Of a stretch of DNA of 50,252 nt, positions 27,049 through 36,039 are shown one piece after another. Below the pieces are notes generated by a model that was given only the letters and a program-made list of their open reading frames with translations, made no database searches and was not told the DNA's origin. Source of the DNA: an uncultured Cytophagia bacterium (GTDB lineage Bacteria > Zhuqueibacterota > Zhuqueibacteria > Residuimicrobiales > Krinioviventaceae); the NCBI GenBank assembly GCA_964432185.1, contig CAYSNA010000001.1, positions 1 to 50,252 of the forward strand, read 5' to 3'. Within the stretch, counting starts at the first letter, position 1. Every line of letters starts with the position of its first letter. The position numbers and the translations under genes are program-made.

Positions 27049-27080
27049 CTGCACTTTGCGGACAAAGCAGTAACTTTTTA
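27049..27080 (+). terminator. Weak terminator candidate after the aldo/keto reductase gene
   Basis: CTG-CA-CTTTG (27049-27058) / CAAAG-CAG (27063-27070) form an 8-bp stem with a 2-nt bulge, followed by TAACTTTTTA. Confidence 0.4.
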
Positions 27081-27119
27081 CACGTTTTCAAGATAATGTG
27101 TAAAAATTAAAGGACAACT

Positions 27120-28436
27120 TTGAAAAATATAGACCCCAAAAATCTCAGCATTGCTTTTACGAACAAAGATTTATGTACTCGCAGCGGCACCTGCATTGGC
27201 GTGTGCCCAACCAACGCGCTGTCGTTGGATGAAGATCGTTATCCGAAATTGAATGCGGAACTGTGCATCAATTGTGGTCTGTGTCAAAAGACGTGTCCCG
27301 GAGGACAGGTCAATTATAAAAAACTGACCGAGTTTACTTTTGGTCAAAAGAACGGCGAGACCGGTTTTGACGGTCATGTTGAGCGAACCTATGTCGGTTA
27401 CGCGGGCGAGAACAGATTCCGGCAAGGCGGCGCCGGCGGCGGCGTCATTACGGCGCTGGCGTGGCATCTGTTGAAAACCAAACAGGTGGACGGCTGCGTG
27501 GTGACGCGAATGAAACCGGATCGTCCCTGGGAAGGCGAAGTGTACATCGCTCGAACGTTTGAAGAGCTGAAACAGAGCCAACAGTCCAAGTACACCATCA
27601 TTCCGGTCAATACCATTTTTCAGGAAATAAAAAATCTGTCCGGCCACTATGCGCTCATTGCGCTGCCGTGTCAGATTCACGGCTTTCGCAAACTTGAGCA
27701 GGAAAAACCAAAACTGGCGGCGAAAATCAAAGTGGTGATCGGATTGTTCTGCGCCTCCAGTTTGGAACCGTATCTCGTGCCGGAAATGCTCGATATCAAG
27801 GGCATCAAAAAATCCGATTTGAACGATTTTAATTTTCGCGGCGGCGAGTGGCCGGGCCGCATTCGTGCCATTCTCAAAGATGGTTCGATCAAAAATCTGC
27901 ATTATTCCAATTTTAAAGACGGCGCTATCAACTATTTGATGTATCTGTACAGCCCGCCACGTTGCCAAACCTGTGTGGACGGTTCGTCGGAATTTGCCGA
28001 TATTTCCGTGTCCGATGCCTGGACGCGTGATTCACACGGTAATTATGTGTTCAAATCGCAATCACGTTTGCTGGCGCGAACACAGATTGGCGTCGAGCTC
28101 ATGGAATCGGCGATGCGGGCCGGCGATCTGGTTGCCAATGATGTGACGCAGGATCCGCACTATAAAACGCACAAACTGCACGCGCGTAAAAAAGGCACAA
28201 CCGCCTATATTCGCGTTGATCGTCTCAAACGCCAGGGAAAACCGGTGCCGCAGTACGATCGCGTTGTCGATGACATCACGGCCGGCGAACGGCGAACCGA
28301 ACGTATCGAGTCCTGGCTGATGCGTTTGGGACGAATACGCGCCATACGCCTGCCGTTGTTCAAATTTTTAACATCGAGGTACGGCATCCCGCTGGTGAAA
28401 ATCCGCCAGTTCCGCAAGAGCCTGAAATATCGTTAG
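27120..28436 (+). CDS. FrhB/FdhB-like Fe-S protein (coenzyme F420 hydrogenase/dehydrogenase beta-subunit family) with N-terminal 2x[4Fe-4S] ferredoxin motifs
   Basis: TTG start with AAGGA upstream. CTRSGTCIGVCP and CINCGLCQKTCP motifs. GGAGGGVITAL and the central/C-terminal part resemble FrhB_FdhB domains. Confidence 0.7.
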   Translation: MKNIDPKNLSIAFTNKDLCTRSGTCIGVCPTNALSLDEDRYPKLNAELCINCGLCQKTCPGGQVNYKKLTEFTFGQKNGETGFDGHVERTYVGYAGENRFRQGGAGGGVITALAWHLLKTKQVDGCVVTRMKPDRPWEGEVYIARTFEELKQSQQSKYTIIPVNTIFQEIKNLSGHYALIALPCQIHGFRKLEQEKPKLAAKIKVVIGLFCASSLEPYLVPEMLDIKGIKKSDLNDFNFRGGEWPGRIRAILKDGSIKNLHYSNFKDGAINYLMYLYSPPRCQTCVDGSSEFADISVSDAWTRDSHGNYVFKSQSRLLARTQIGVELMESAMRAGDLVANDVTQDPHYKTHKLHARKKGTTAYIRVDRLKRQGKPVPQYDRVVDDITAGERRTERIESWLMRLGRIRAIRLPLFKFLTSRYGIPLVKIRQFRKSLKYR

Positions 28437-28443
28437 ACGGTGC

Positions 28444-28472
28444 CACGGCCATGCTCTCCCAGCATGGCCGTG
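28444..28472 (+). terminator. Perfect 12-bp stem-loop immediately after the FrhB-like gene (no strong T-tract)
   Basis: CACGGCCATGCT (28444-28455), loop CTCCC, AGCATGGCCGTG (28461-28472). Confidence 0.45.
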
Positions 28473-28603
28473 TTCGTACGAGATTTCTTGGCAAAATTTC
28501 ACCTTTCACAATATTTTTCTTGAATCTTTTTCACTTATTTTATACTTTGAAAGAGACCACTGCATCTTTTGTTGTGCAAGACAATTTAAACCAATGTGAA
28601 GGG

Positions 28604-30685
28604 ATGATGGGTATGCGGTGCTGTTGGGTTTTTTTATTTAGTTTCGTGTTTGTGTTCATCAATTGTTCACTGGATGAACCACAAATGCCCTCTTGGAATA
28701 CGACTTTAAATTTCCCCATAACTGACAAAACCTACAAGCTCTCCGAGTTGATCGAGGAAAATAAAGAACTGATCAATTATGATGATGGTTTGGTCGGATT
28801 CCGTTTTGAAGGTGATCTGGAAAAGATCAAGGTTGACAAAAATCTCACACTTGATGACATCGAAGAATCTTTTGAGCTGGCGACCGCCGATGTGGAAATT
28901 CCGAGAATGACAGTTGGCAAACTTGTGTTTGCGCCGACCATGCTCATTCCGGATGCAGCGGATTATTACAGTCAGCCGCGCGTTGTGTCTCGTATCGATA
29001 TTCCGAATATGGGCGGTTCGGTGACCAGCGAGGGCGGCGCTGTTTCGGCGTCCATCTTGTCCGGAATACTGGCGCTCGAGTTTGATAATCATTTGCCGGT
29101 TCCGGTCGAGGTTCGTGAAATTTTTCTGCACGACGGTGATGAGGATGGCCATATCAAGCTCAGTTACACGCGTCCATTTACTGTCGCGCGCAACAGTCAG
29201 GAGCGCCTCGATATCGATGTCAGCAACACGACACTTGGAACGGCTGATTACTGGTCCGTGTCCGGTGTCTGCCTCGGATCGAACGGGCAACAGGTTACGG
29301 TGAATGCGGAGGATTCGTTTGACATCCAGGTCGATTTGCGAGATCTGCATGTGGAAAGCCTTGATGCGCCGTCGAGCTATTTTGTCGTCGATCAGACGGA
29401 TTCGGTGATGATCGGCGAAGCGGTGTGCATCCGCCGTGCCACCTTTAGCGAAGGTGATATCACCTTTGACGTCAACAACCGCCTGGGCTTCGATCTGGAT
29501 ATTTCGATCACCTCGCCTCAATTTACAAATATAATTACCGGCCTGCCGCTCGCCACTACTCTGACGGCAAAAAAACGCGCCATCACCACAGCGCGATTGC
29601 CGATTGCCGATTTCAAGATCGAATATCAGGGTACGCTGAAAAAACCACAATGCGTGGAGCTTTTTGTGCATGCGCAAGGCGCGGAAAATAACCGGCAAAT
29701 CTCGCTGTATAATCACGATTCGGTTGGTTTTACTTTTGCCATGCGCGGCGTCGTTATAGATAAATTTACCGGCCTGTTGGATGAGTTTATGGTCGGCATT
29801 CGCCCGCAGGTCCATCATGTGTCACTGCCGGGTTCTGTCCAAGACATCAACGGCCTTTATTTGGACGATCCGCAGTTGTCCATCGATTTTTACAACACTC
29901 TCGAAATGCCGATTCATCTGGACGGCGATATGCTCGGCAAAGCCTCTGACGGCAAGGAACAACTTTTGAAAATTGATACGGATATTGCACCGGGTGAACT
30001 GAATACCGAGGTGAAAACGAGCGTCGAGTTTCCTGAATCTCAACAAAAAGAAGTAAAATTGTTTGCCAGTTTGATGCCGCAAACGATTGTTTTTTCCGGC
30101 AGTACGTATGTCGGTCAGGGACTCAGGGAAGGCTCCATTTCGTCCGAAAGTTATATCCGCGCCCATTACACAGTTGAGACGCCCGCCTGTTTTTCCTGGA
30201 ACACATCAGAATTTACTCCGGATACGACCTGGTTCCAGATCAATCCCAAAGGATATACCGGATCAAAGGAACATGCTGAGGCGGAAATCCTCAAAGCGGC
30301 CGATATGGACCTGCTGCAGGAATTCAAAGTCAAAGGCACTGTCGTCAATCATCTCCCGATCAGCGGTTCGCTGGAATTTCTATTCGTTCGATCGCTGCCC
30401 GACGGCACCGAACAAATTTATTCGCTCAATCCCATCGAGATCGCCCCGGCGGAAACCAACGAGGCCGGCCTGGTCCTGCGAAGCTGGCAGGGCACGCTAG
30501 ACGTCAAGCTTGGTCTTACCGGATTGGATTTTTTGCAAAATCATGATGAAGAGCCGAAACTTGTTATGCTCATCACCAAAATGATCCTGGATAGTTCAAA
30601 CGGCGAAAAAATTAAAGTTTATGAGAAGGATTATCTCAGCATACAGGCGGCAGCGGAACTCATCGTCGGCATCAATAAAGAATAG
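28604..30685 (+). CDS. 693-aa lipoprotein of unknown function
   Basis: Start moved to the ATG cluster at 28604-28615 (MMGMRCCWVFLFSFVFVFINCS, lipobox-like INC). The track ORF start at 28451 lies inside the upstream stem-loop. A possible promoter is TTGAAT 28520-28525 / TATACT 28541-28546 with a 15-nt spacer. I recognise no domain. Confidence 0.7.
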   Translation: MMGMRCCWVFLFSFVFVFINCSLDEPQMPSWNTTLNFPITDKTYKLSELIEENKELINYDDGLVGFRFEGDLEKIKVDKNLTLDDIEESFELATADVEIPRMTVGKLVFAPTMLIPDAADYYSQPRVVSRIDIPNMGGSVTSEGGAVSASILSGILALEFDNHLPVPVEVREIFLHDGDEDGHIKLSYTRPFTVARNSQERLDIDVSNTTLGTADYWSVSGVCLGSNGQQVTVNAEDSFDIQVDLRDLHVESLDAPSSYFVVDQTDSVMIGEAVCIRRATFSEGDITFDVNNRLGFDLDISITSPQFTNIITGLPLATTLTAKKRAITTARLPIADFKIEYQGTLKKPQCVELFVHAQGAENNRQISLYNHDSVGFTFAMRGVVIDKFTGLLDEFMVGIRPQVHHVSLPGSVQDINGLYLDDPQLSIDFYNTLEMPIHLDGDMLGKASDGKEQLLKIDTDIAPGELNTEVKTSVEFPESQQKEVKLFASLMPQTIVFSGSTYVGQGLREGSISSESYIRAHYTVETPACFSWNTSEFTPDTTWFQINPKGYTGSKEHAEAEILKAADMDLLQEFKVKGTVVNHLPISGSLEFLFVRSLPDGTEQIYSLNPIEIAPAETNEAGLVLRSWQGTLDVKLGLTGLDFLQNHDEEPKLVMLITKMILDSSNGEKIKVYEKDYLSIQAAAELIVGINKE

Positions 30686-30707
30686 AATAAATTGCCAAAT
30701 GTGATCC

Positions 30708-30740
30708 ATGGCGTCAAAGACTTTTGACGCCATTTTTATT
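30708..30740 (+). terminator. Rho-independent terminator
   Basis: ATGGCGTCAAA (30708-30718), loop GACT, TTTGACGCCAT (30723-30733), then TTTTTATTTT. Confidence 0.85.
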
Positions 30741-30810
30741 TTCCCCCTTTTTAAAGCCTGTGCAAACTTTTTTTGCTTGAGCTTTCGCAAAAATATTACT
30801 ACTCTTTGCT

Positions 30811-31824
30811 ATGCGACAAGCTGATTTTTACATCACCCTACCAAACCAAACCGTGCAGTGCACGTTGTGCCCGCACAATTGTCGCCTTGCCGATGGCGAA
30901 TTTGGTTTATGCGGCGTACGGCAAAATCGCCGCGGCCTTCTCTATTCGCACGTCTATGAACGCGCCATTGACACGCATGTCGATCCCATCGAAAAAAAGC
31001 CGCTTTTTCATGTGTATCCCGGATCAAAATCATTTTCCATCGCGACCGTCGGCTGCAATTTCAAATGTTCGTTTTGTCAAAATCACGATATCTCGCAAAT
31101 GCCGCACACCGGCCGCATCGAGGGGCAGCATGTGCCGGTCGATCAGGTTGTCGACATGGCGGTGCAAGCCGGCTGTAAAACCATTGCCTGCACCTATACC
31201 GAACCGACCATCTATTTTGAGTACGCCTTTGACATTGCGAAAAAAGCGGCCGAGCAGGGCGTGAAAACGGTTTTTGTGTCGAATGGCTTTACCAATGCCA
31301 AACCGATTGAAAAAATTGCGCCGTTTTTATCCGCGGCGAATATCGACCTGAAAGGCTGGGACGAACAATTTTATCGCAATGTCTGCGGCGGTGAATTAAA
31401 AAGCGTACTGCATACGTTAAAGCTGATGAAAAAGCTCGGCATTTTTGTCGAGGTGACGACACTGGTGGTGACCGGTTATATTGACAAAAAGGAGACGCTG
31501 CGCGAGATAGCTCAATTTATCCTGAATGAATTGGGGCCGGAAACGCCCTGGCACATCAGTCGCTTTTATCCGCATTACCTGTATAGCGACGTGGCGCCGA
31601 CCTCCGTTGACATCATCAAGCGCGCGCGAGAGATTGGTTTGGCTGCCGGGCTGCGCTACGTTTATAGCGGCAACGTTCCCGGCGATGACGGCGAGAGCAC
31701 GTATTGCTATAGCTGCGGCGAACCGTTGATCTCGCGCTATGGCTATCACATCGAATTCAATAAAATTAAAGATAAAAAGTGCCCGTCCTGTGGCGCCGAA
31801 ATTGACGGCATTGGTCTGGGCTAA
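30811..31824 (+). CDS. amrS: AmmeMemoRadiSam-system-type radical SAM enzyme (pyruvate-formate-lyase-activase-like)
   Basis: N-terminal VQCTLCPHNCRL..G..GLCGVR motif plus the radical SAM box GCNFKCSFCQNHDIS. About 337 aa with a C-terminal CYSCG...CPSCG pair. Confidence 0.75.
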   Translation: MRQADFYITLPNQTVQCTLCPHNCRLADGEFGLCGVRQNRRGLLYSHVYERAIDTHVDPIEKKPLFHVYPGSKSFSIATVGCNFKCSFCQNHDISQMPHTGRIEGQHVPVDQVVDMAVQAGCKTIACTYTEPTIYFEYAFDIAKKAAEQGVKTVFVSNGFTNAKPIEKIAPFLSAANIDLKGWDEQFYRNVCGGELKSVLHTLKLMKKLGIFVEVTTLVVTGYIDKKETLREIAQFILNELGPETPWHISRFYPHYLYSDVAPTSVDIIKRAREIGLAAGLRYVYSGNVPGDDGESTYCYSCGEPLISRYGYHIEFNKIKDKKCPSCGAEIDGIGLG

Positions 31825-31843
31825 TCACGCAACTGGAGGAGTT

Positions 31844-32758
31844 ATGAACCGACGAGATTTTTTAAGAACGGCAGGCGTTGCCGCCGGAGCCGCCGCTGTG
31901 GCCGGAACAACCGTCGCGCACGCGCAGGAGGCGCCGAAAAAACAGAATTTTAAGCTGAAATATGCGCCGCATTTCGGCATGTTTGAAAACCACGCCGGCA
32001 AGGATTTTGTCGACCAGATTAATTTTATCGCGGATGTTGGTTTTCGTGCTTTTGAAGATAACGGCATGAAAGGTCGCTCCGTCAGCGATCAGGAAAAAAT
32101 CGCTTCGGCTTTGGCCAAACGCGGTGTGGAAATGGGCGTGTTTGTTGCCAATACGATCAACTGGACCGAACCGACCTTGACCACCGGAAAAAAAGAAATT
32201 CTCGATGCCTTTTTAAAAGACATCAAAGATTCTGTTGACGTGGCCAAACGCGTCAATGCCACATGGATGACGGTTGTGCCCGGTTTTGTTGATCTGCATC
32301 TGCGGCCGGATTACCAGCGCGCCAACGTCATCGACGCCCTCAAACGCGCTTCCGAAATTTTTGAACCGCACGGTTTGGTTATGGTGCTGGAGCCGCTGAA
32401 TTTCCGCGATCATCCGGGTCTGTTTCTCACGGACATTCCGCAGTCGTACGAAGTCTGTAAAGCCGTCGGCAGTCCGGCGTGCAAAATTTTGGATGATCTC
32501 TATCATATGCAAATCCAGGAAGGCAATCTCATCCCTAATATCGATTTGGCGTGGGATGAAATTGCTTACTTCCAGGTGGGCGACAATCCGGGACGAAAAG
32601 AGCCCACCACCGGTGAGATTCATTACCAGAATGTTTTCCGCCATATCGCCCGCAAGAGCACCGATTTGATCATTGGTATGGAACACGGCAAATCGATGAA
32701 CGGCAAAGAAGGCGAGATCAAGCTGATCGAGGCATATGCCTGGGCGGATGATTTTTAA
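31844..32758 (+). CDS. Tat-signal xylose-isomerase-like TIM-barrel protein (hydroxypyruvate-isomerase / sugar-phosphate-isomerase family)
   Basis: Start moved to the ATG at 31844 (SD GGAGGA). Twin-arginine motif NRRDFLRTAG...AHA. The rest is AP-endonuclease-2/TIM-barrel-like (MVLEPLN, MEHG). Confidence 0.75.
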   Translation: MNRRDFLRTAGVAAGAAAVAGTTVAHAQEAPKKQNFKLKYAPHFGMFENHAGKDFVDQINFIADVGFRAFEDNGMKGRSVSDQEKIASALAKRGVEMGVFVANTINWTEPTLTTGKKEILDAFLKDIKDSVDVAKRVNATWMTVVPGFVDLHLRPDYQRANVIDALKRASEIFEPHGLVMVLEPLNFRDHPGLFLTDIPQSYEVCKAVGSPACKILDDLYHMQIQEGNLIPNIDLAWDEIAYFQVGDNPGRKEPTTGEIHYQNVFRHIARKSTDLIIGMEHGKSMNGKEGEIKLIEAYAWADDF

Positions 32759-32798
32759 TCTTTTGAGTACCGCTGTTTTGAGGAGCACAGTTCCTCGC

Positions 32799-32837
32799 GT
32801 TTCCTCCGTCCGACATTCAATTTCGGACGGAGGAAAC
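32799..32837. terminator. Perfect 15-bp stem-loop between convergent genes
   Basis: GTTTCCTCCGTCCGA (32799-32813), 9-nt loop, TCGGACGGAGGAAAC (32823-32837). No clear T-tract on either side. Confidence 0.5.
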
Positions 32838-32859
32838 CGCAGCGCCCCAAAGTCCCCGT

Positions 32860-34035
32860 TTATAGCACCCGATGCTTCCGCAAAAATAAAATTGACAGAC
32901 CACCCGTCAGCAGAAAAATTCCTGCCGCGAGCAAGAACGCCTGTTTGAACGACCAGACATCTTTCATCCATCCGACAAATGGTCCGATGAAAGTGAACAG
33001 CAATCGACCAAACATGTTTTTCACTGACAACACGGTTGCGCGTTTATCCGATGAGGTGAGGCGGTTAATGTATTCTTTCAGCATGGGCCCGTGAATGCCA
33101 CGAACAAAATAAAAAATAAAAAAGACGGCAATCACCCATAAAGAGTGAATAAAAGCTGAAAGGATATAGGCCAACACCGATAACGGCAAGAGCATCAGCA
33201 GCGTTTTGGATTGGCCGAGAAGGCGTTCGATCCGATAGGCGACCATGGAAAACACCCCGACGGAAAAATTCAGTGCGGCCCAGACCAGACCGAAATAGGC
33301 GACCGGCAAACCAACGGAATCGAGATAGGGCTGGATGAACCAGACCATGGTCAACGTGGACGAACCGATGACGGATGAATAGATAATGAGCCACTTGATT
33401 TCGGCATGGTCGTGAATGGCAAAACGCACAATGCGAAGAATGCCCTTGAAATTGCCTTGCGAGTTGTCAAACTTGTGGCGCTCCGGTTCAACGAGTGACA
33501 TGGCCAAAGGAATCGACAGGGACATCACCGCCAGTTCAACATAAAACGGGAATCGCAGGCTAATGGTGGCGAGCAAGCCGCCGATGATTGAGGCCGTGGT
33601 TTCGGAAAAATTGGCAGCGGAGGTGCGGCGCCCCTCAATTTTGGCATACTCGTTTTCCCGCCCTGCCTCAATGAGCGAGTCGTAAATCATCGCCGAGTCG
33701 GTGCCGGAAATAAAACTCGCGCCAAGGCCGAGAATCAGTTCCGCAACCAGGAATCCCCAAAATCCGGATGAGAACGCGTAAATCGCAAAGGCCATCGTGC
33801 TGATGATCGAGCCGATCACCAGGGTATGTTTGCGGCCAAAAACATCGGAAAAATAGCCGGACGGGATTTCGAACACCACAACGCCGATGGAGAAAATCGA
33901 CTGCAGGATCATGATCTGCGTTTGATTCAGGTCGTTCTCGTAAAAAAACAGCACAATGATCGGCATGATAAAAAGCAACCAGCGCAAGACGATGAGCACG
34001 TACAGTTTGGGTATGTTGTGTTCGAGTTTTGCCAT
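32860..34035 (-). CDS. MFS transporter
   Basis: Start moved to the ATG at 34035 (MAKLEH). About 12 TM helices. Motif-A-like SGYFSDVFGRKHTL. Confidence 0.8.
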   Translation of the reverse strand: MAKLEHNIPKLYVLIVLRWLLFIMPIIVLFFYENDLNQTQIMILQSIFSIGVVVFEIPSGYFSDVFGRKHTLVIGSIISTMAFAIYAFSSGFWGFLVAELILGLGASFISGTDSAMIYDSLIEAGRENEYAKIEGRRTSAANFSETTASIIGGLLATISLRFPFYVELAVMSLSIPLAMSLVEPERHKFDNSQGNFKGILRIVRFAIHDHAEIKWLIIYSSVIGSSTLTMVWFIQPYLDSVGLPVAYFGLVWAALNFSVGVFSMVAYRIERLLGQSKTLLMLLPLSVLAYILSAFIHSLWVIAVFFIFYFVRGIHGPMLKEYINRLTSSDKRATVLSVKNMFGRLLFTFIGPFVGWMKDVWSFKQAFLLAAGIFLLTGGLSILFLRKHRVL

Positions 34036-34167
34036 AATGCCCCCAAGGCTCAAGATCAATTCAATTATGAGCAAAAAATAAAAGGAAAATTTGCCAGAGT
34101 TGCAAGAAAATAGATGGGCAAAAAAGCGGAAATGGAAAACGTCAATCGTGAGGGCTTTGGCGCCGTG

Positions 34168-34524
34168 TCATTGCGATAGTTTTTGAATTGCCGCTTTTCT
34201 CGTGGGTTGGAAAAAGATCTGACTGCCGCGGTTGCACTCGATGATGAACGCTTTGAGAGCGTTACTCGTCACATTTTCAAAATTGCCAACGATTGCCAGA
34301 CGCTTTTGATAGTTGGAAAATTTTTGCAGGATCTCGCCGGCCAGCCCGGAACGCAAATTAAAGAACTCGGGATTAATTTGATGTTCATAGAAAATGACGG
34401 CATCGGCGCCATTATAATCGGCCGTCCCCAAAACGTCCAGGGCGTCCTGCGTGCTGTTGATAATCTGTTCTGTTTCGAGCAATTCAGCTATTTTCGGGTC
34501 CGTGTTCAGTATCTGTAATTCCAT
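34168..34524 (-). CDS. DUF4180-like small cytoplasmic protein
   Basis: Start moved to the ATG at 34524 (GGAG 5 nt upstream). 118 aa. The pattern ...DALDVLGTADYNGADAVIFYEHQINPEFFNLRSGLAGEILQKFSNYQKRLAIVG recalls DUF4180. Confidence 0.6.
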   Translation of the reverse strand: MELQILNTDPKIAELLETEQIINSTQDALDVLGTADYNGADAVIFYEHQINPEFFNLRSGLAGEILQKFSNYQKRLAIVGNFENVTSNALKAFIIECNRGSQIFFQPTRKAAIQKLSQ

Positions 34525-34535
34525 ATCGACTCCAT

Positions 34536-34563
34536 AAGAAAAAGGCGGCTGAATAGCCGCCTT
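34536..34563 (-). terminator. Rho-independent terminator (minus strand) between the SPFH gene and the DUF4180 gene
   Basis: Read on the minus strand: AAGGCGGCT, loop ATTC, AGCCGCCTT, followed by TTTTTCTT. The stem is at 34542-34550 / 34555-34563. Confidence 0.7.
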
Positions 34564-34574
34564 GTAAACCATGC

Positions 34575-35480
34575 TTACTTTTCTGTTTTTTCTTTAAACA
34601 GCTCTCCAATGCCGGCAATGCTGCCGAGCACACCGGACGTTTCCATGGGCAGAAAGATTTTCGTCGCCTGGCCGGTCGAGATTTTTGCCAGGGCTTCGAG
34701 ATATTTTATCGCGATCAAATCATTCGATGGATTTCCATCGTGAATCGCTTTGTATACAGTTGTAATGGCTTCGGCCTCGCCTTTGGCGACGGTGAGTTGG
34801 CGATATTTTTCCGCGTCGGCGACTTTTTTAATGGCTTCTGCATCACCTTCGGCGCCGAGAATGGCGGCCTGTTTTACGCCTTCCGCTTCAAGAACAGCCG
34901 ACTTTTTCTTTCCCTCCGCCTCAAGAATCATGGCGCGGCGTTCACGTTCGGCTTTCATTTGGCGGTGCATGGATTCCATGACGTCGCTTGGCGGCTCAAT
35001 CTTTTGCAGCTCAACTCGGGACACCTTGACGCCCCATTTGTCGGTGGCGTCATCCAGAATTTCGCGCAATTGTGTGTTGATGGTTTCGCGCGAGGTGAGC
35101 GATTCGTCCAGCGCCATATCGCCAACCAAATTACGCAGGTTGGTTTGCGCCAGCTTTGTCACCGCCATCCAAAAATTGGCCACGTTGTAGGTGACTTTCA
35201 CCGGATCCGTGACTTCATAATAGACAACGGCGTCCACTTCAACAACAACGTTGTCTTTGGTGATGACGGATTGCGGTGGAATATCCACAACTTGTTCGCG
35301 AATATCGACTTTGACAATCCGTTCGATAAACGGCACAATGAGTGTCAATCCGCTCGTGACCGTTCTTTGGTATTTTCCGAGTCTTTCAATTAAACCCTGC
35401 TGATACGGCTGCACAATTTTAAGTCCCGTAGCAGCAACAATAAAGACAACAACGGCAATGAGAATGAATAGGATTTCCAT
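34575..35480 (-). CDS. SPFH/band-7 (stomatin-like) protein
   Basis: SD GGGGAG. N-terminal TM helix, then the SPFH core (IVQPYQQGLIERLGKY...DVMESMHRQMKAERERRAMILEAEG) and an Ala/Glu-rich coiled tail. Confidence 0.9.
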   Translation of the reverse strand: MEILFILIAVVVFIVAATGLKIVQPYQQGLIERLGKYQRTVTSGLTLIVPFIERIVKVDIREQVVDIPPQSVITKDNVVVEVDAVVYYEVTDPVKVTYNVANFWMAVTKLAQTNLRNLVGDMALDESLTSRETINTQLREILDDATDKWGVKVSRVELQKIEPPSDVMESMHRQMKAERERRAMILEAEGKKKSAVLEAEGVKQAAILGAEGDAEAIKKVADAEKYRQLTVAKGEAEAITTVYKAIHDGNPSNDLIAIKYLEALAKISTGQATKIFLPMETSGVLGSIAGIGELFKEKTEK

Positions 35481-35490
35481 GATACTCCCC

Positions 35491-35946
35491 TTATGATAAA
35501 AGTTTAACGATTAGATGAGTGCCCACTATTTGGACAGTCTCAACGCGACTATCGACCGGAATGATGTCGCCGGATTCACTTTCGGCGCGCCATTCTTCGC
35601 GGTCCATGCGCACACGGCCCTTGCCCTTATCGTTGTTGATCTCTTCCACGACAACGGCTTTTTTGCCGATGAAGCGGTCGGCGCCAATACCTGCCGGTTG
35701 CGCTTTGGTGATTTTGTTGGCGAACTTGCGCGAAATGAGGACGAGGAACAGCGAGACGAAGACAAAAATCGCCAATTGCCATCCCATACCCAGCCCGAGC
35801 AGTGCGCCTAATCCCGCTGCCACCGCACCGATGCCGAACCACATGATGAAAAAGCCGGCGGTAAAAATTTCACCGACGATGAACATGGCGGCAAGGATCA
35901 TCCAGATTAACCAAACATCAAGTCCAAAAAGCATGATATCCCTCAA
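35491..35946 (-). CDS. NfeD-family membrane protein
   Basis: Three to four TM helices plus a C-terminal OB-like segment (GKKAVVVEEINNDKGKGRVRMDREEWRAES...). Lies 10 nt upstream of the SPFH gene, the classic nfeD-stomatin pairing. Confidence 0.85.
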   Translation of the reverse strand: MRDIMLFGLDVWLIWMILAAMFIVGEIFTAGFFIMWFGIGAVAAGLGALLGLGMGWQLAIFVFVSLFLVLISRKFANKITKAQPAGIGADRFIGKKAVVVEEINNDKGKGRVRMDREEWRAESESGDIIPVDSRVETVQIVGTHLIVKLLS

Positions 35947-36039
35947 CGTTTTGTGAGTGTTAAAAAACGCCTGTGGTAAACACGGTTTATTTGATTATTC
36001 AAGATGTGCATAAAATTAATCGTGTTATCTTGAATTTTC

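Noticed and set aside
28451-28603. N-terminal 51-codon extension of the track ORF 28451-30685.
   Set aside because: The ATG at 28451 lies inside the perfect stem-loop that ends the upstream gene. The extension has no SD and precedes a much better lipoprotein-type start at 28604-28615.
28706-29818. 370-aa ORF on the minus strand, the longest of many long antisense ORFs. Others include 4307-5131, 10432-11283, 11371-12246, 14608-15534, 18098-18847, 27171-27968, 32213-32971, 42311-43255 and 45920-46600.
   Set aside because: Each lies fully inside a sense-strand gene that has clear family motifs or signal peptides. The antisense translations are Arg/Ile/Phe-rich, lack motifs, SD sites and sensible termini, and look like the stop-poor mirror frame produced by codon bias. 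I see no evidence for overprinted genes.
31739-31843. N-terminal extension of the TIM-barrel ORF, overlapping the 3' end of the radical SAM gene.
   Set aside because: The ATG at 31844 has a GGAGGA SD and opens directly with a twin-arginine signal (MNRRDFLR). The extension is out-of-frame overlap with a well-supported gene.
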